Notes under the pieces: model-generated
Told to the model about the DNA's origin: nothing
The model's input: the letters and a program-made list of their open reading frames with translations, nothing else
Database searches by the model: none
Shown: positions 38,103 to 52,475 of the stretch, in pieces
How the letters are laid out: each line of letters starts with the position of its first letter
Numbering within the stretch: position 1 is the first letter of the stretch
From: Chrysomallon squamiferum
Lineage: Eukaryota; Animalia; Mollusca
Direction of reading: 5' to 3'
Assembly (NCBI GenBank): GCA_012295275.1
Contig: CM022668.1
Location: forward strand, 11,036,001 to 11,100,000
Length of the DNA stretch: 64,000 nucleotides
Made by a program: the position numbers and the translations under genes

Positions 38103-39605
38103 CTATATATATCAGTTAATGTTTTCAAATAAAAGCTTTTTTAATTTTATCTTAAAACTCAGAATAAAATTGTTCAAATTTAATACGAAAATTCTCTCTA
38201 TACTAAAATCTAAACCTAACTTGAACCCTAACCCTATTTCTATCCTATCATATGTAGAGTAAATTTAGCACTAACTATATTCACTTATGAAACTGTTAAT
38301 GATGCCGAATACCAGCGTTCTAAAGAGCATCTGTTACAACTAACAAATTAAGTCGATATCAAAATAGAACAAACGTTTATATACGCTGATTTCATTTGCT
38401 TCAAGTGCCATTGGATTTTAAACTTCTGTGATGAAAAGACGGAATAAATAAAATCAGCAGTGTGTGTTAACAGATATCACAGTATGCAGATTGCTTTCCA
38501 CAGAGATAATAGGATTAAGCACGTATTGTATTCACATAAACAACAGGCAGTTGCTAACGTTAATTGATTTCATTAATATTTATTTTCTGATCAGACACCA
38601 TTCTTTAGCTAAGAAGATACTGTATATTAATGTGAAAATATTTCAAAATAAATTTGAAACCTTCTGTACTGTATATTCTAATAACAGTTCAAAATCTATC
38701 AGCAACTGTCAGTCAATGTATTTATATCCAAATACCTAGAATGTCTGGAAGTGACAGGATGGAAGACGAAATTGTAACAAGAAATGTTCTCCTTTGTCAT
38801 ATGGCACAGAGTAAAGCTAATTAAATATTCATCTGACCTTTAAACATTGTTAGCATAATTTTTGACTTGATAATCGAGATCTGAGTGTGCACGTGTCAGG
38901 GGATAGGTGAGCTATAACGTGTGTGTTTGTTTGTAGATGTCTATACCTGTGTATGTATATATTTATCAGTGTGTGTATACACACATATATATATATATGT
39001 ATATGTATGTATTTATGTATGTGTATGTATGTATGAATGTACGATATTTTCTATGCGTATATTAATGAACGTGCATGTATATGTAAGTATTTTGTGTTTG
39101 TATGTGTGTGTGTGTGTTTGTGTTTGTGTATGTGTGTGTGCTCGCATGATTGTACATCTGTTGAAGCATGTGTGTGTGTATTTATACAGATGTATTCTAG
39201 GACCAGACTTTTCTCTTTCTTGAGTACGTCTGATTAGACTCCGCACGTAGGCGACGTTCGAGAACGCACTGGTAGAGGAGGACAAGGTGTGGCACTCACT
39301 CGCTCGCACGGATGACGTCATTACCGTTCAGCCATCATGTCAACCTTAGCTGTTTATTTATGTATGAATGCTTAGGTATATACGTGTGGGGGTTAGTGTG
39401 TGTTATTGTGTCTATATGTATGTATGTGTTTATGTGTGTGTGTGTATATATATAAGTATATATACACACACACACACACTTATGTTTGTATGTTTCTATA
39501 ACTATATATACGTATGTAGGTTGGAGGTAAGTATGTATATATTTATGGGCATATCTGTATGTTTATGTGTGTATACGTAGATGCGTGTATGTATATGTTT
39601 ATATA

Positions 39606-40739
39606 CACTAACAAAAAAGTAACGCAAAAGTAGATTTTACTGACATTGGAAATATCCATCTAATGGATCAACAGAAAACAGCAGAACGTTCACATTTTAC
39701 TCACACTTTGGCAATTCATTAATAGTGATGGTATTACATTGAAAAGGTTAAAGTTCAAGGTTATAACAGTATAATATCAATACCTTGTGTGCCCTCCATG
39801 GAAGTCCAGAACTGCCTGACATCTCCTTCCCATGGCAGTAATAACATTACAAATTACACCTTGTTGTGGAATGGTGGTCCACTCTGTCTGAAGGAATAAT
39901 GCCAACAGCACGATTCTCTGGCTGTGGTTGATGCTGCCTCAGTCGTCTATCCAGCTCCTCCCATAACTGCTCAATAGGGTTGAAATCTGGAGATTTAGAG
40001 GTCCAGGGCAGGACCAGTATGTTATTGTTGTGTAGGTACGCTGTTGTGAGTCTGGCTGTATGTGGTCTCACATTGTCGTGCTGGAGTACAGCCTTCCATT
40101 ATTCATAATTGGCTGCAAAATTAAACCACACAGTTCTCCATCGTGCTGTAAAACTTTCATCTCGGCACCACTGACGTCGTTTGACGATTTCTTGGATGTG
40201 AACCAGGTTGGTCCTGCCGTCTGGCTGAATTGCTGACCACACAATCACATTACCACCGTCTCATCTGTCCTACGGAGACATGGTATGCTGAAGCAGTAGA
40301 GGTTGCCGTGGTGGTTCTTTCCTGTAGATGAAGTACCCGTCTGTAGCGGTCATGGGCCCTGGTGGTTACACGTGGTCTATCTGATCTGGGACGGTCACCT
40401 GTTGTTTGGTGTTGCTGGAACCGATACCACAATCTCAAGATGGTGCCTGGGGATACATGGAACACCCGGGCTGCGGCCGAGAAGGATTCGCCAGCTTGTA
40501 AACGGCCGATGGCGTTGTTTCGTTGCGGTTCACTCAGTCGTGGCATTTGTTAGATGTTGGGTCAGAACAAAAATAACGAACAGAAGTATTCGAAAACCTT
40601 GCATTTTTATAACTCTCGTATTCAAGTTTCATGTGCCCTACGTGCACATACACTGGTAACGTGGTTTCCATGAGGGGACGTTTTGGCTAATAAACACGAT
40701 CATAGCCTTTGTTTTGTGTTACCTGCTTTTTGGCGTCTG
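39606..40739 (-). mobile_element. Tc1-like (DD34E) DNA transposon, internally deleted and frameshifted
   Basis: Minus-strand HTH region MPRLSEPQRNNAIGRLQAGESFSAAARVFHVSPGTILRLW...DRPRSDRPRVTT (from 40546); catalytic QHDNVRPH...SPDFNPIE with 34 residues between D and E; C-terminal GGHTRY* (~39777); imperfect TIRs (cactaacaaaaaagtaacgcaaaa vs cagacgccaaaaagcaggtaacacaaaa) flanked by TA. Confidence 0.9.
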
Positions 40740-40860
40740 TAACAAAAGCTATATGTTTGAATCACCAAATGTCATTATATTAATAGTTTGTACATCGATA
40801 TGTGTCAGTTTACAATAGTTATCTAAGAAAGCAACCATTTTATGTTTCTTTTTTGGAAGA

Positions 40861-40906
<46 letters not shown>

Positions 40907-41465
40907 CTTTGTATATATGTTTGTTTGCATGTATATAACTACGTGTGAATGCATGAATGTATATATGTGGGTATTTAATTATCATACAACCACGTTTGGT
41001 TATCGCATTTTACGTATTGACATTAGTTTTCTCTTCTATCGACTTTATAGATGTCGAAATGTTTGATCGAAATGTTTACCGATAGCTGAGAAAAACCAGA
41101 AGGCAATCTATAGAAATGGCCGCCAAAAGTCTGCATCGCTACCATTCGGAAACCCTATACATCGGAGTACCAACATCTGTTCAACAATTTCGTGTACAAA
41201 TTCAGTCTAGCTTCATGCACTCAGAATTATGTATGACATCGTTACGACGTCATATATATCAATATTTTCGGTAATCATAACGATAATGTAGTTACGTTAC
41301 GTAATAAGAAAAAAATGAATGCACTGAAAAGACCATTTACTCAGTCGTTCTAGACATTTGCTTTATTATAGACAAGAGTAGTTCCCCTTGACTACGAATC
41401 AACTAAATTAGTTATTAATAACGAATACGCTGTAAAGTGCCAGTTCACCTACAGAGTGTACATAC

Positions 41466-41499
<34 letters not shown>

Positions 41500-41508
41500 G
41501 TATGTATG

Positions 41509-41542
<34 letters not shown>

Positions 41543-42339
41543 TATATATTCTGTATGTATATACTACATACATACAGAATAGAAAGTTTTATTTCTATTT
41601 GAAAATGACACGGATTGTTATTTCATAAGCATACATTTTTTCAATAAAACAAAAACTGTGTTGAGGTTATTCATATTTAAAGATGTAATATAATAAATAT
41701 TTCTCGTAGTTAGTTCTGGAAGTGGTAATATGCTAGTACAGCATCATAATTGTCTTAAATTTTACATACTTGCGGTGCAGAATACAGTAGTAGACACTGT
41801 CACCTGGACATCATATTACCGTTACATATCGCCAGTACTGAAGAAACCCCACTGGTTGCCTGTCTACTGTGGGATAAAGGACACACTCATGATCGATAGG
41901 ATCGTTGTATTGCATTATAAACAAAATCCCAAGACCCTACATAAGAATTTATTTTTAATCAGGTTGGTTGTTGGAGGGCAGATTAGCCACACGGATTACC
42001 AGACACTTTTGCAAAAATGTTTTAAAAGCATATGAATTTAATTTTTTAATCACAAATGCAGCAGATATACTCATAATGGTTGTTCGAGGGCAGATTGTTA
42101 TGCTAAATGAAACAAGAATTAAAACTTTTTTAAAGAATTCTAATAGGCATACAATTACGTTTCCATTTATAAACAAAACTGTCATTGGATAGAAAATCCT
42201 GGTGTGAAAGAAATAATCAAATGGAAGATTTTTCCTATTGCTTTCATTGATCTCATGTTAGCAAACATACCAAAACAACCACAAAACACTTATCTCATAA
42301 CCGAACGGCACTGTAAGCAACGTATCGAATGCAACTAGC

Positions 42340-43140
42340 CTTTGACAATGTTGTCTCGGAGTCAAGACTGGTGCATGACGATGAAAAAAGACAAGTCAGC
42401 TGTTACATTTTTCTCACTGTCCACAAAACAGGAATCAGATAACCTGAAACTTGATGAGACCATTCTCCTGTATGAAGACTGTTTTGAAGAGAGACAGAAC
42501 TGGAAACCGCAAGCGGATTAAAGCTGAGAGCAAAGCTTGAAGAAAACGTGAAGTAATGAGGAAAGTAGCTGACACCATTTGGGTGAAGATCATAACCTAT
42601 TGAAAAGAGTCTATCAAGCAGTGATCAGATCATATCTAGAGTACGAATCCTATCAGTAGTGTTAATCAGGTCGTGTTATATTGAATCCCACCTCACAGTG
42701 GTATAGCTAGAAATGAGAATGAAGACAGACCTGCAAAACCAGTTGCAGGTAATGAACAGGAGGATAACTGTGTGGCAGATGGACAGAAGATATCCCCTGT
42801 TCAATTTCCCTGTAGACCTGTCAAACACACCGATGACTAGCACATGCTATCCCGTCGTGAACAAGTCATTATTTTCCGAATTGAGGACTGGACACAACAA
42901 GATCAACCAGCATATACAAAAGATGCTCCAGCTGATGTCCTCTTCCATGTGCCCCTGTGGAAAAATGGAATAAGGGACTGTTCATGTCATCCAAAGCCGC
43001 GTAAACCTACAGCAGCTAATGGACACTACTGGGTAACTACAGCAACTCTCCATTAGAAGCAGTATGGTACAAGAACGGATCTACACAATACAGTACAGTA
43101 TCGTTTGTATTCACTGATGGCCTTTTGGTGTAGCAAACAG
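42340..43140 (+). mobile_element. Decayed non-LTR retrotransposon (I-group-like LINE): end of RT region, RNase H C-terminus, zinc knuckle
   Basis: Fragments LLKRVYQAVIRSYLEY, HSGIARNENEDRPAK (RNase H H-x-G-I-x-G-N-E-x-A-D-like), LSRREQVIIF / LRTGHNKINQH...MCPCG; multiple stops and frameshifts. Confidence 0.75.
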
Positions 43141-43618
43141 CGAAGGAAAGAAAATATCAAATGGAAGTATTGATGTGTCTGATTACCTCTATAGGTTAAA
43201 AATAGATTGTAAAGGAAGAACAGACTGAAATAAAGTCATAACAAACGAAAACAAATAATTACAAGAACGAAACAAAAACGAAGATTAAATATTATATTTA
43301 TTTTTATTTTTAAGATGTGTCGTTTGTTTAAGAAAATAAAGTAAAATATATCTGAGATGGCCACATCTGAAATAACAAAAGAATGACTAAGGTGACATCA
43401 GTAAAATGAAGAAAAAGATATGTTTTCAAAGCAGGAACATTTTAAATTTTCAGTTCTTAGTGAATGAAATTAATAGGTGATAAAAATTAAAATTGATAAA
43501 AATGTAACTATTTTATAAATATTTTCTCCTCTTTTATGTGTTGTGTACATAATGTAATAAGGTTATATTGTTATGTAAAATAATAAATACCTGATAAAAA
43601 GTAAGTTTTTTACTTCGC

Positions 43619-43753
43619 TCAACAACAGAGATGTTGACATTCATTGTTCTGACGTTGATCACAAAACATGTGTAAGGCCTCTAAAGAAGCATGTCTGTAC
43701 AAATGTTCACTCAAATGCTCATTTCTGTTCAGACATGGTCCTTTCACTAAGAA

Positions 43754-43849
<96 letters not shown>

Positions 43850-46800
43850 TAAAATAAAAATAAATAATAATATAATATAAAATAAAGCAAATCAAATAAA
43901 TAAAACCATATTTTTGTCACTGTCAACACAGAGATCACTATAGTTTTGTCATCCTCTTCATTATTTTTTTTTCTTCTTTTTGTGGCTCTTTCGTCCTTAT
44001 GTATACATCATAGTTCCAGATAAGCTGGGACATGTAAGATTTCAAAGTTTTGTATAGTATAATTTTGTAATGATTTAGACATAAACGGAGACACACACAC
44101 ATGAACATACCTAGGTGACACATGTCGCAGGTTTTCGTACACCAGTACAACCACAATGAAGGATCAGCTACACATTTGTTTCTTATTATTTCTTTCACGT
44201 AACTCTGAACTTGTTCTTCACAGCCTGTTAATGAAACGAAACATTAAACAACAATATGTGTGAGAAAGACTCATGCGACTATCAACGATCAAGATATTAG
44301 TGGTTTTTCTCACAAGTAAGACATAAAATGTGTTTGAAAGTATTAGCTAAAGCATTTTTTATACCTGCGTTACTGTTTAATATGGCCAAAGTCATCTAGA
44401 TCTATTGTCACGACATTTTTGCATTCTTTGCTTATCCAATGCTATGTGGAGACTGACAGCTGGATAGACATTTAAAATGATGGAATTCAAAGAGTGCGAA
44501 AGTACAAATTGAACTTCATTTTTGTCGTCTTAAACGGAACTGATAAAAAAAATAGAAACCCGAAAGTGCTAAAAATTCATTGCCATTTGTAAATGCGTAT
44601 TTTTAAGTTAAAAGTATATTATAATATTTATTTTCGGCACCATATTTTTTAAAGGAAAGGTTTATAATATTATAATTATTGTGTGTTGATTCTTAAACTA
44701 TAAGGCTGATACGTACTTTGCTCACAGTTTTCTCCATAGTAATCTTTTGGGCAAGTACAAGTACAAGGTATTGTATTCAACGAACCTCCATTTTCACATC
44801 GTCGTACACAAACACCTGTAATATACAATATAACTTCTAATAACGATGTTATATATTTATTTATTACTCTGTTCAAAGGACAAAGAACATGCCTGACACA
44901 TTCAGAAAACGTCTAGTAACTGATATGTTTTCAGTTTTATTTTTTTGTTAAATGACACCAAGACAAAGAAGATTCACAGATAATCTATTGGGAAGACTAA
45001 TTTTTATTATTTTATTTATTTATTTTTTTCTTCTCTTATTTTTTTCTCCATTTTTCTTGCCCAACTAACGGCGACGAATCCTTGCTAACAATAATGTTTG
45101 ACGTTTGGAAAGTAAACATATGAAGATAAACTAAGAATGATGTAAATACTTAAGCGAATTCATTTGCGGTTTGCAAAATACTGAAAAAATAGTTTTCTTT
45201 CTACTTGCTTTATTCTAAATGATCAATAAGATGATCATCTTACTTTATTGTTAATAACGACTGGAAGCACTACATAACAGAACAAAATACACTATATACA
45301 GAAACTGCCTATTTGAAAATATTCTTGAATCAAGGATATTGCTGTAATCATAATATATCTTTTAATTCACATTTGCAAAGAAACCAAAACGTCAAATACA
45401 CTTACTACATGATTTTCCTCCCCAGTTTTCAGGACAGGAACAGCTACAGTTACTTCTTGTGAATGTGCCGCCACGAAAACAGTTCTCATTACACGTCCCT
45501 GAATTCAAATAAATAAATGAATAAATAAATAAATAAGTAAATAAATAAAAAGATTATTGTTATTATTTCAATGTTTTATAGCAGATATACTACATAATTT
45601 TACTTCCCAGCTGTTCATTCAGGAATAGGTACAATAATTATCATTCAACGGACATCCTCTGAATTTAGTTATTTATTAGACATTTTAGATTGAACAGTTA
45701 TAATTCATTCAGATATGTTACCAAATAAGAATAAACTTACCACAGAGAATGTCTTCCCAGTTGTCCAAACAAGAACAAGTACAGTCATCAAAGTTTACAG
45801 TGGCGCCGTTTGCACATGGTAATCCACATGTACCTGTAACAGATCATAAATAAAACTCTTAAAAAAAAAATAAGATGAAAAATTAACCAAAGCAAAAATA
45901 TTGATATTTATGTTCATTGCTTACAAAGAGACAACGTTCTTATTTTATTTCTGAAATATTTTAAATAAAGGTGGATTTATTAAAATAAACAGAACGAGTG
46001 TTAAAAAATAATCGGTGACAAATGAAGAAGAAAGAAAGAAAGAAAAATAAAAACAGTTATGCAAATATCTTTAATTGTAACTGATTGCAAACACTTGATA
46101 AATGATTGTAATAATATATACACTTGTCTACGTCCCGTTTTCTCATCTGATTAACATTTCTAACACCACAGGTTAGAAGAATAAAATAAGTTTGTTAGTA
46201 TATTTTATAAATCTTGTAGTACTTTGGAAACTTCTGTTCCTAAAAGAAGAACAAATCAATAGAAGACATAAATTAGCATCTAATTTTTAAGGAATATTTA
46301 ACAACACATTTTCTTACCGTCATCGCACACTTTTGCGAACATCGTGGAACCAGTGTTATAGCTGAAAGGGTAAACGGAAGAATACAAATAACACCAGCCG
46401 TAATAATATTCTACTGCAGTACACGGTTTGTTATTATATCCGTTTTGTGTGTCACACAGCTCTCTACAACCTTCATATGTATAGTCCTCTCCAATTTCTA
46501 GATAGAAATCGTCTCCGTATGTGTATGGAATGACGATGTACTCACAACCAGGTATACCTGGAAAAACACAGAATATAAACCCCAAAAAAAAAAACAACAA
46601 CAACAACAACAACAACAAAAAACAAACAAACATAAAAAAACGTGTTACAGATGTTTAAATAAAAAGTTAAAACTAATAATAAAAAATAACTGAGTAATGT
46701 ATGAAGCAGTAAAACAAATAAGTATTTTATAGTCGTTTAAATAAAACAATTAAACAAATAATCTTTCTTTAACTCTTTTGTAAATTTAATTAATATAATA

Positions 46801-47683
46801 ATAATAAAAAAATAACTGTGGTTTAAATAAAATAATGAAAAGCTAAAGATTGTTTTAAAAGCATCAAAAGAATAAGTAAACAATATTTTAGTGTTAATTA
46901 AATAAAACATAAAACAAATAAACAAATTTACTGCTGCTTAAACAACACTGGACAAATAAAACAATATTTTATTGTTGTTTAATTAAAGGAAATAAACAAA
47001 TACAAAGTGTTGATATTTAAATAAAACAAGAGAACAAACGTGTATTTAAATAAAACACTAAAACAAATACACAGTTATACATTACTTGCTATTCAATATC
47101 ACAATGGAAATGAAAAATTGTTTACTGTCAAAATGAAGTATTAAAAAAAGAAAACAATGTTTTACTTTATTCAAATAAGACCGTAAAAAAATAACAGTAT
47201 TTACTATTTACTATTAAATAACAGAGCATAAAAATTATCAATGTTTTACTGTCTAAGAAAATTTTTACAGGAAATAAACAAAGTTTTACATTTATTTAAA
47301 TAAGACCTTAGTACTTAATATTTAATATTAAAAAAAATGTACATAATAAACAATGTATTACTGCCTAAATCAAATATTAGAACAAATCAACAATGATTTA
47401 CATTTTTCTAAATAAAATACGAAATCAAATTACCATTTTCTTCTGCTTAAATACAAACAGCAAGAAAAATAACACCTTACTGCGTTTAAATAAAACACAT
47501 AAACACAATCTTAGTGCTATTTCAATAAAGGAATGACAAAAAGAACAACAAAAATATTTCTGCTGTTTAAAGAGAAATAAAAGGAAAAGGAAATCTTACT
47601 GCTGGAGACTCTTTCCATCGCAGACGACACCAGAAGGAAACATCCCACCAAAAAATGTGTAATACAATGTCCTTCTGATTCAT
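43619..47683 (-). CDS. Gene D: PAN + 3 EGF + ShKT-like + His/Cys-rich terminal domain (~283 aa if a 1-nt frameshift in exon 1 is corrected; otherwise a young pseudogene)
   Basis: Exons (minus): 47683-47600 (84 nt vs 85 in gene A), 46557-46318 (PAN), EGF 45833-45741, 45498-45406, 44815-44717, ShKT-like 44224-44111 (CEEQVQSYVKEIIRNKCVADPSLWLYWCTKTCDMCHL), terminal 43746-43619 (KGPCLNRNEHLSEHLYRHASLEALHMFCDQRQNNECQHLCC*). All splice sites canonical. Confidence 0.75.
45590..45662 (-). pseudogene. Decayed EGF exon remnant inside gene D
   Basis: Minus strand reads LNDNYCTYS*MNSWEVKLC followed by gtatat; 5' part missing. Confidence 0.6.
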
Positions 47684-48136
47684 GGTTATTGTAAATGAAA
47701 ATAGTAAAATCAGACTGCATTATTTGAACAGATTTAAATGTCAGTCAAAACAATTTTATATATTTATTCGTGGAGTTTACGAAAGTTGAAATGTGATTGG
47801 TTGTTTATATTTCCAGTTTATACAAACACAAACACTTACTAAGATATGAATATGTATGTATGTTTGTATACAACCTAGTACAGCTGTTCTGTCACGCTGG
47901 GTTTATCAGTCGATGAAAAGACACGTGTTTGTGTCCTGTGATTCTAATATAAGAAATAAATAGAAAGAGCAAATAATAATATTTTCTGTTTCGTCCTATT
48001 AATTCATTTATCTAGTTAGTTAGTTAGGTAGTTAGTTATTTAGTTAATAAGTAAGTTAGTTAAATAGTTAGATAGTTTAGTTATATCATTTTTGTATTTT
48101 GTAATTCTAATATAAGTAAGAAATTTAAAAAGAGCA

Positions 48137-48204
<68 letters not shown>

Positions 48205-48214
48205 CAACAAAAAA

Positions 48215-48340
48215 GATATGTAGACATTCATTGTCCTGACGTTGATCACAAAAAATGTGTAAGGGCTCTAAAGAAGCATGTCTGTACAAATATTCACTCA
48301 AATGCTCATCTCTATTCAGACATGGCCCTTTCACTAATAA

Positions 48341-48397
<57 letters not shown>

Positions 48398-48400
48398 CAT

Positions 48401-48437
<37 letters not shown>

Positions 48438-50810
48438 TAGAAACAGTAATAAAAATTTAAATAATGTTTTCTTTTTTCTTATTTTATTCAATTTTCTTTT
48501 CCCCTTTATTATTATTATTTTTATTTTATTCTATTTTTCGTTTAATTTTGTTTCTAATTATTATTATTATGTTTTGTGTAGGAGAGAAGTGATTATTACT
48601 TCAACTACTACTGCAACTACTACTTTCTATTTTATATGATTAATTTATTTATTAAAATAACTATTTTTGAACCGACAGTATTAATGTCAAATCTGTTCTA
48701 AATATCAAATAACGTAAAAGAAAAGATAAAACTTTCCTCTGAAAGGTATTAAAATTATTTTCGTATTCATTGATTTTTATTTTAAAAAGTCAGAGAATCC
48801 CTGCTCTTTTGTCACGCTGAGTTTATCAGACGATGAAAAGACACGTGTTTGTGTCCTGTCATTGTAATACAATTAATACTTTCTCTTTCGTCTGATTAAT
48901 TTATTTATTAAAAATATTTTTTGTTTCAGTAGGACAAAATATGAATAAAAATGATAATAATAATAATTTAGTTTAGTTTACTTTAGTTTTTCCTTTAGTT
49001 TTTTCCATTTTAGTCTTCGTACGTATTGGTGAGTGTTGGCGTCATTATTGATGTTGTTCCTGCGATGTTGTTTTGATTACCTTTTTGAAAGAAATGTTTA
49101 GGTTCCTTCCCAAATGTACTATTACCTTCATTATCACTTAAAACACTAAGATTAACTAAATGTGCGGTACTGCAGTGTTTGTGAGAACAATATCAAAATT
49201 ATTAAACTAATAAATCACATGAATGAACTATAAGTTAAGTAAATGGTAACTATTATTATTAAATGCAATATAAATAACATTGCTTAAACATAATAATATA
49301 TAGTGATAATAACTCATATTTCCACTTTTTCATTTTTTTTTCATTTTTTGAGAAAGACGTCATTACTATTATCATAAAATTATGCTATAACTACTACTAC
49401 TATAATTTTCTATTTCGTCAGATTAATTTCTTTATTAAAAGAAATATTTTCACTAGTAGAGATTTAATGTCAAATCTTCAGAGAATGACACAGATAATTT
49501 CACCTCTGTTCATTTCAATCCTGAAAATTAAGTTAAACACAGAGAACATCTGTTCTATCACACTGAGTTTCAACTCTGATAACAAAGTAATTTTGTTTCG
49601 AACCGAACTTTTGACATTTATTCTTGTGAGATAAACGAAAGCCAGCTGTTAATATAAACTGAGTTTAACAATATTTGTTTTATCTTTTGGCTTTCTTCAG
49701 TGATGGTAATTGCTTTTAGAAACTAGTGTTATGCTGACAGCGGTGAGCCTGAGATTGGAAAATAAATCAAACACTGCGCACAGCTGTTCTGTCACCTTTA
49801 GTTTAAACTCTTGTAAGAGTGCTTTTGTTTAGACACCAAAATTGAATATTTATTCTATTAACATAAACTGATTTTGACAATATTTATTTCATCTCATTGT
49901 TTTTTTTAGTGAATTAATTGATTTTAGTAACTAGAGGTATGCTTAATCCAGTGAGGCTGACGTTTGATGATAGACAGGATGTTCGGAGAACCTAATCTGA
50001 AAATGGAGTTAGTTGTTGGAGGACAAATATTAAAACCCATTTTCGTCAGTGACATCAATAACTTTTATTAAACCATATACTTTTTTAAAACTTTCAGGAA
50101 GAATTATAACACTGAAATAAATATATAAATAGACAGACAGAAAGACAGTTTCATGAATGGTTATAAAAATAAAATACATACATACATACATGTATGCAGA
50201 GATAGATAGAAGATAGATTGTTAGGTATTTAGGTAGATATTTATTTGTTTAGTTTTCTTACTTTATACAAGTTTTTCCATTATACACGTAGCTTAGAAGG
50301 AAAACATAACGTCGGCAAAGACAGACAGACATACAGACATGTGATAGATAGGTAAATGCATAGGCAGGTATGATGATAGACGAAAATATAGGTAGACAGT
50401 TCGGTGTGCTGTTTCAATTAGTGCTTGTAGATGTGTTTATTTCGTATGTACGTACAAAATTTGATATGTTTTATAGTGGAACTGCTGAAAGATTACAAAA
50501 TATGCTAGTACAGTTATTCTCAAAACGGACAGGATCAACCACTACTGGAAAACAGGTGCATTTTATAGATCACAAGAAAACTTTATTTCATCAGACGATG
50601 AAAAGAGAGATGATGTTTGCGTTCTGTGATTCAAGTATTAGTAAGATGTAGAAAGAACAAACAATTATATTATTATTTTCATTTATTTTTATTTATTTAT
50701 TTATCATCATCATCAGTAGTAGTAACAGTAGTGTTAGTAGTGTGTTCTTGTTATTATTTATTTATTACTTCTACTTCTACCACTACTAGTGTGTGTATGT
50801 TTCCGCCTGA

Positions 50811-50850
<40 letters not shown>

Positions 50851-51503
50851 GTGTGTGTGTGTGTGTTACAAGACATACGTATAATTACCTAAAATATTTC
50901 TAAATTCTGATGTACTCAGGAAACCGGCTGCAAGAAGATCATTCTGTGACTGCAGCTGATGGATAATTTGAGGAGGGAGGCGAGCCGTAAATGGAAAACA
51001 AGTTTGCTGTCAGCACTGGAATTCTTTCTAATCGGAATTAATTTAAGACCAACAGTCATTTAAGTTGTATTCTTTTCTCCTAACAAGCGAATAAGCATGT
51101 TCTAAATCGCACACTTTGCTCGACATATGGACCGTTGGTTGTGTGGGAGCCAAGGTTTCTTATGGGTTATCACCAACTAAACCCACGTTACTTTCACTGC
51201 AGTGATTATACGTATAATCTCAACATTTCAGGGATAATATATAATTATTTCCTTTATAATATATCTTTGATATACAAAAATATTCAAATAAATACATACA
51301 TACATATGTACATACATCCTAGTATGAAATATTTTCGTCCATACAACATTCTGACACAATATACTTTTGTAATAAGCTAGATACAAATTACCTAAAATAC
51401 ACGTCGCAGGTTTTCGTACACCAGTACAACCATAATAAACGATGTGTCGTACATTTATTTCTTATTATTTCTTTCACGTAATTATCAACTTGTTTGTTAC
51501 ATC
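48215..51503 (-). pseudogene. 3' remnant E: ShKT-like exon (51503-51392) and D-type terminal exon (48333-~48215)
   Basis: CNKQVDNYVKEIIRNKCTTHRLLWLYWCTKTCDVY (112 nt, last Cys lost) and KGPCLNRDEHLSEYLYRHASLEPLHIFCDQRQDNECLHI; no upstream exons found. Confidence 0.8.
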
Positions 51504-52440
51504 CTGTTAGATATTAAATAACAGTTTGTGTGACAACGTGTCTTGTGTCTACAGTGATTTCTGGTATCAGTTATCTATGAGCTAACTATACTAAAACCTT
51601 ATTTGCAAATAAATATTTGAGAGTCGAATGGATAAAACATTATTTAGTCTTTCTTTTTGCATTATCGTGTTATGTAATAATACTATTACTACTACTATTA
51701 CTACTACTACTACTAATAATAATAATAAAAATAATAATAATAAGTATACAAAATGTTAGTGTAGAAAGGAGATGACGTCAACTGAAGAATAATTAACAGA
51801 CCTTCACAGATTATCAGAAATGTGTTATTCTTGAAAAAATTAACAAAATAACAACAACAATAATAAATAAATGAAAAAGTAGTAAATAAATAAATTTAAC
51901 AAAAAAAAAAAAAAAAAATAAAGAAATTAGTGTAGACATTTACAGTAAATTATTTTATGGTTCAGATCCCTTATCAACGATGATTCTGTAGGCTGCCATA
52001 TTAGTCATTCGATTTTTCAGTGCATACAATGGTATTTCTGTCATTCACAGACGAATTGGAACCGATGTAAGGCTACAACTTGTATCCCTAGATTTGGATT
52101 TCATACTAGACCATAAATTTATATTCTAAAACCAGAAAACGTTCGGATTAAAGGTCCAGAATGTTTATATTATTACATATTTTAACCCTGGAAAAGTAGA
52201 CGCTTGTAAAAATAAGAAAAAATGAAATATAGAAACAAAGTAGATTAAAAATGAGCAAAATGACATCACTAAACAACAGTTTGTTACCTCAGTCATTCAC
52301 AAAAATGTAAAGTCTCCGAATGGATGTTTATCACAATAAACGTGGACGGATTATAAACCATATCACTGTAAATATTAACGGGTTTGTTAGCATCTGTTTC
52401 TTACAGCTAGATACTTTACAGAGCAAATATTAAAATAGAA

Positions 52441-52475
<35 letters not shown>

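Noticed and set aside
39606-40739. Active or domesticated transposase driving the rearrangements
   Set aside because: About 1.1 kb, internally deleted, frameshifted, with degenerate TIRs; no link to observed breakpoints.
42713-42973. Host gene MRMKTDLQNQ... (also 63610)
   Set aside because: Off-frame reading of a decayed LINE RNase H/zinc-knuckle region.
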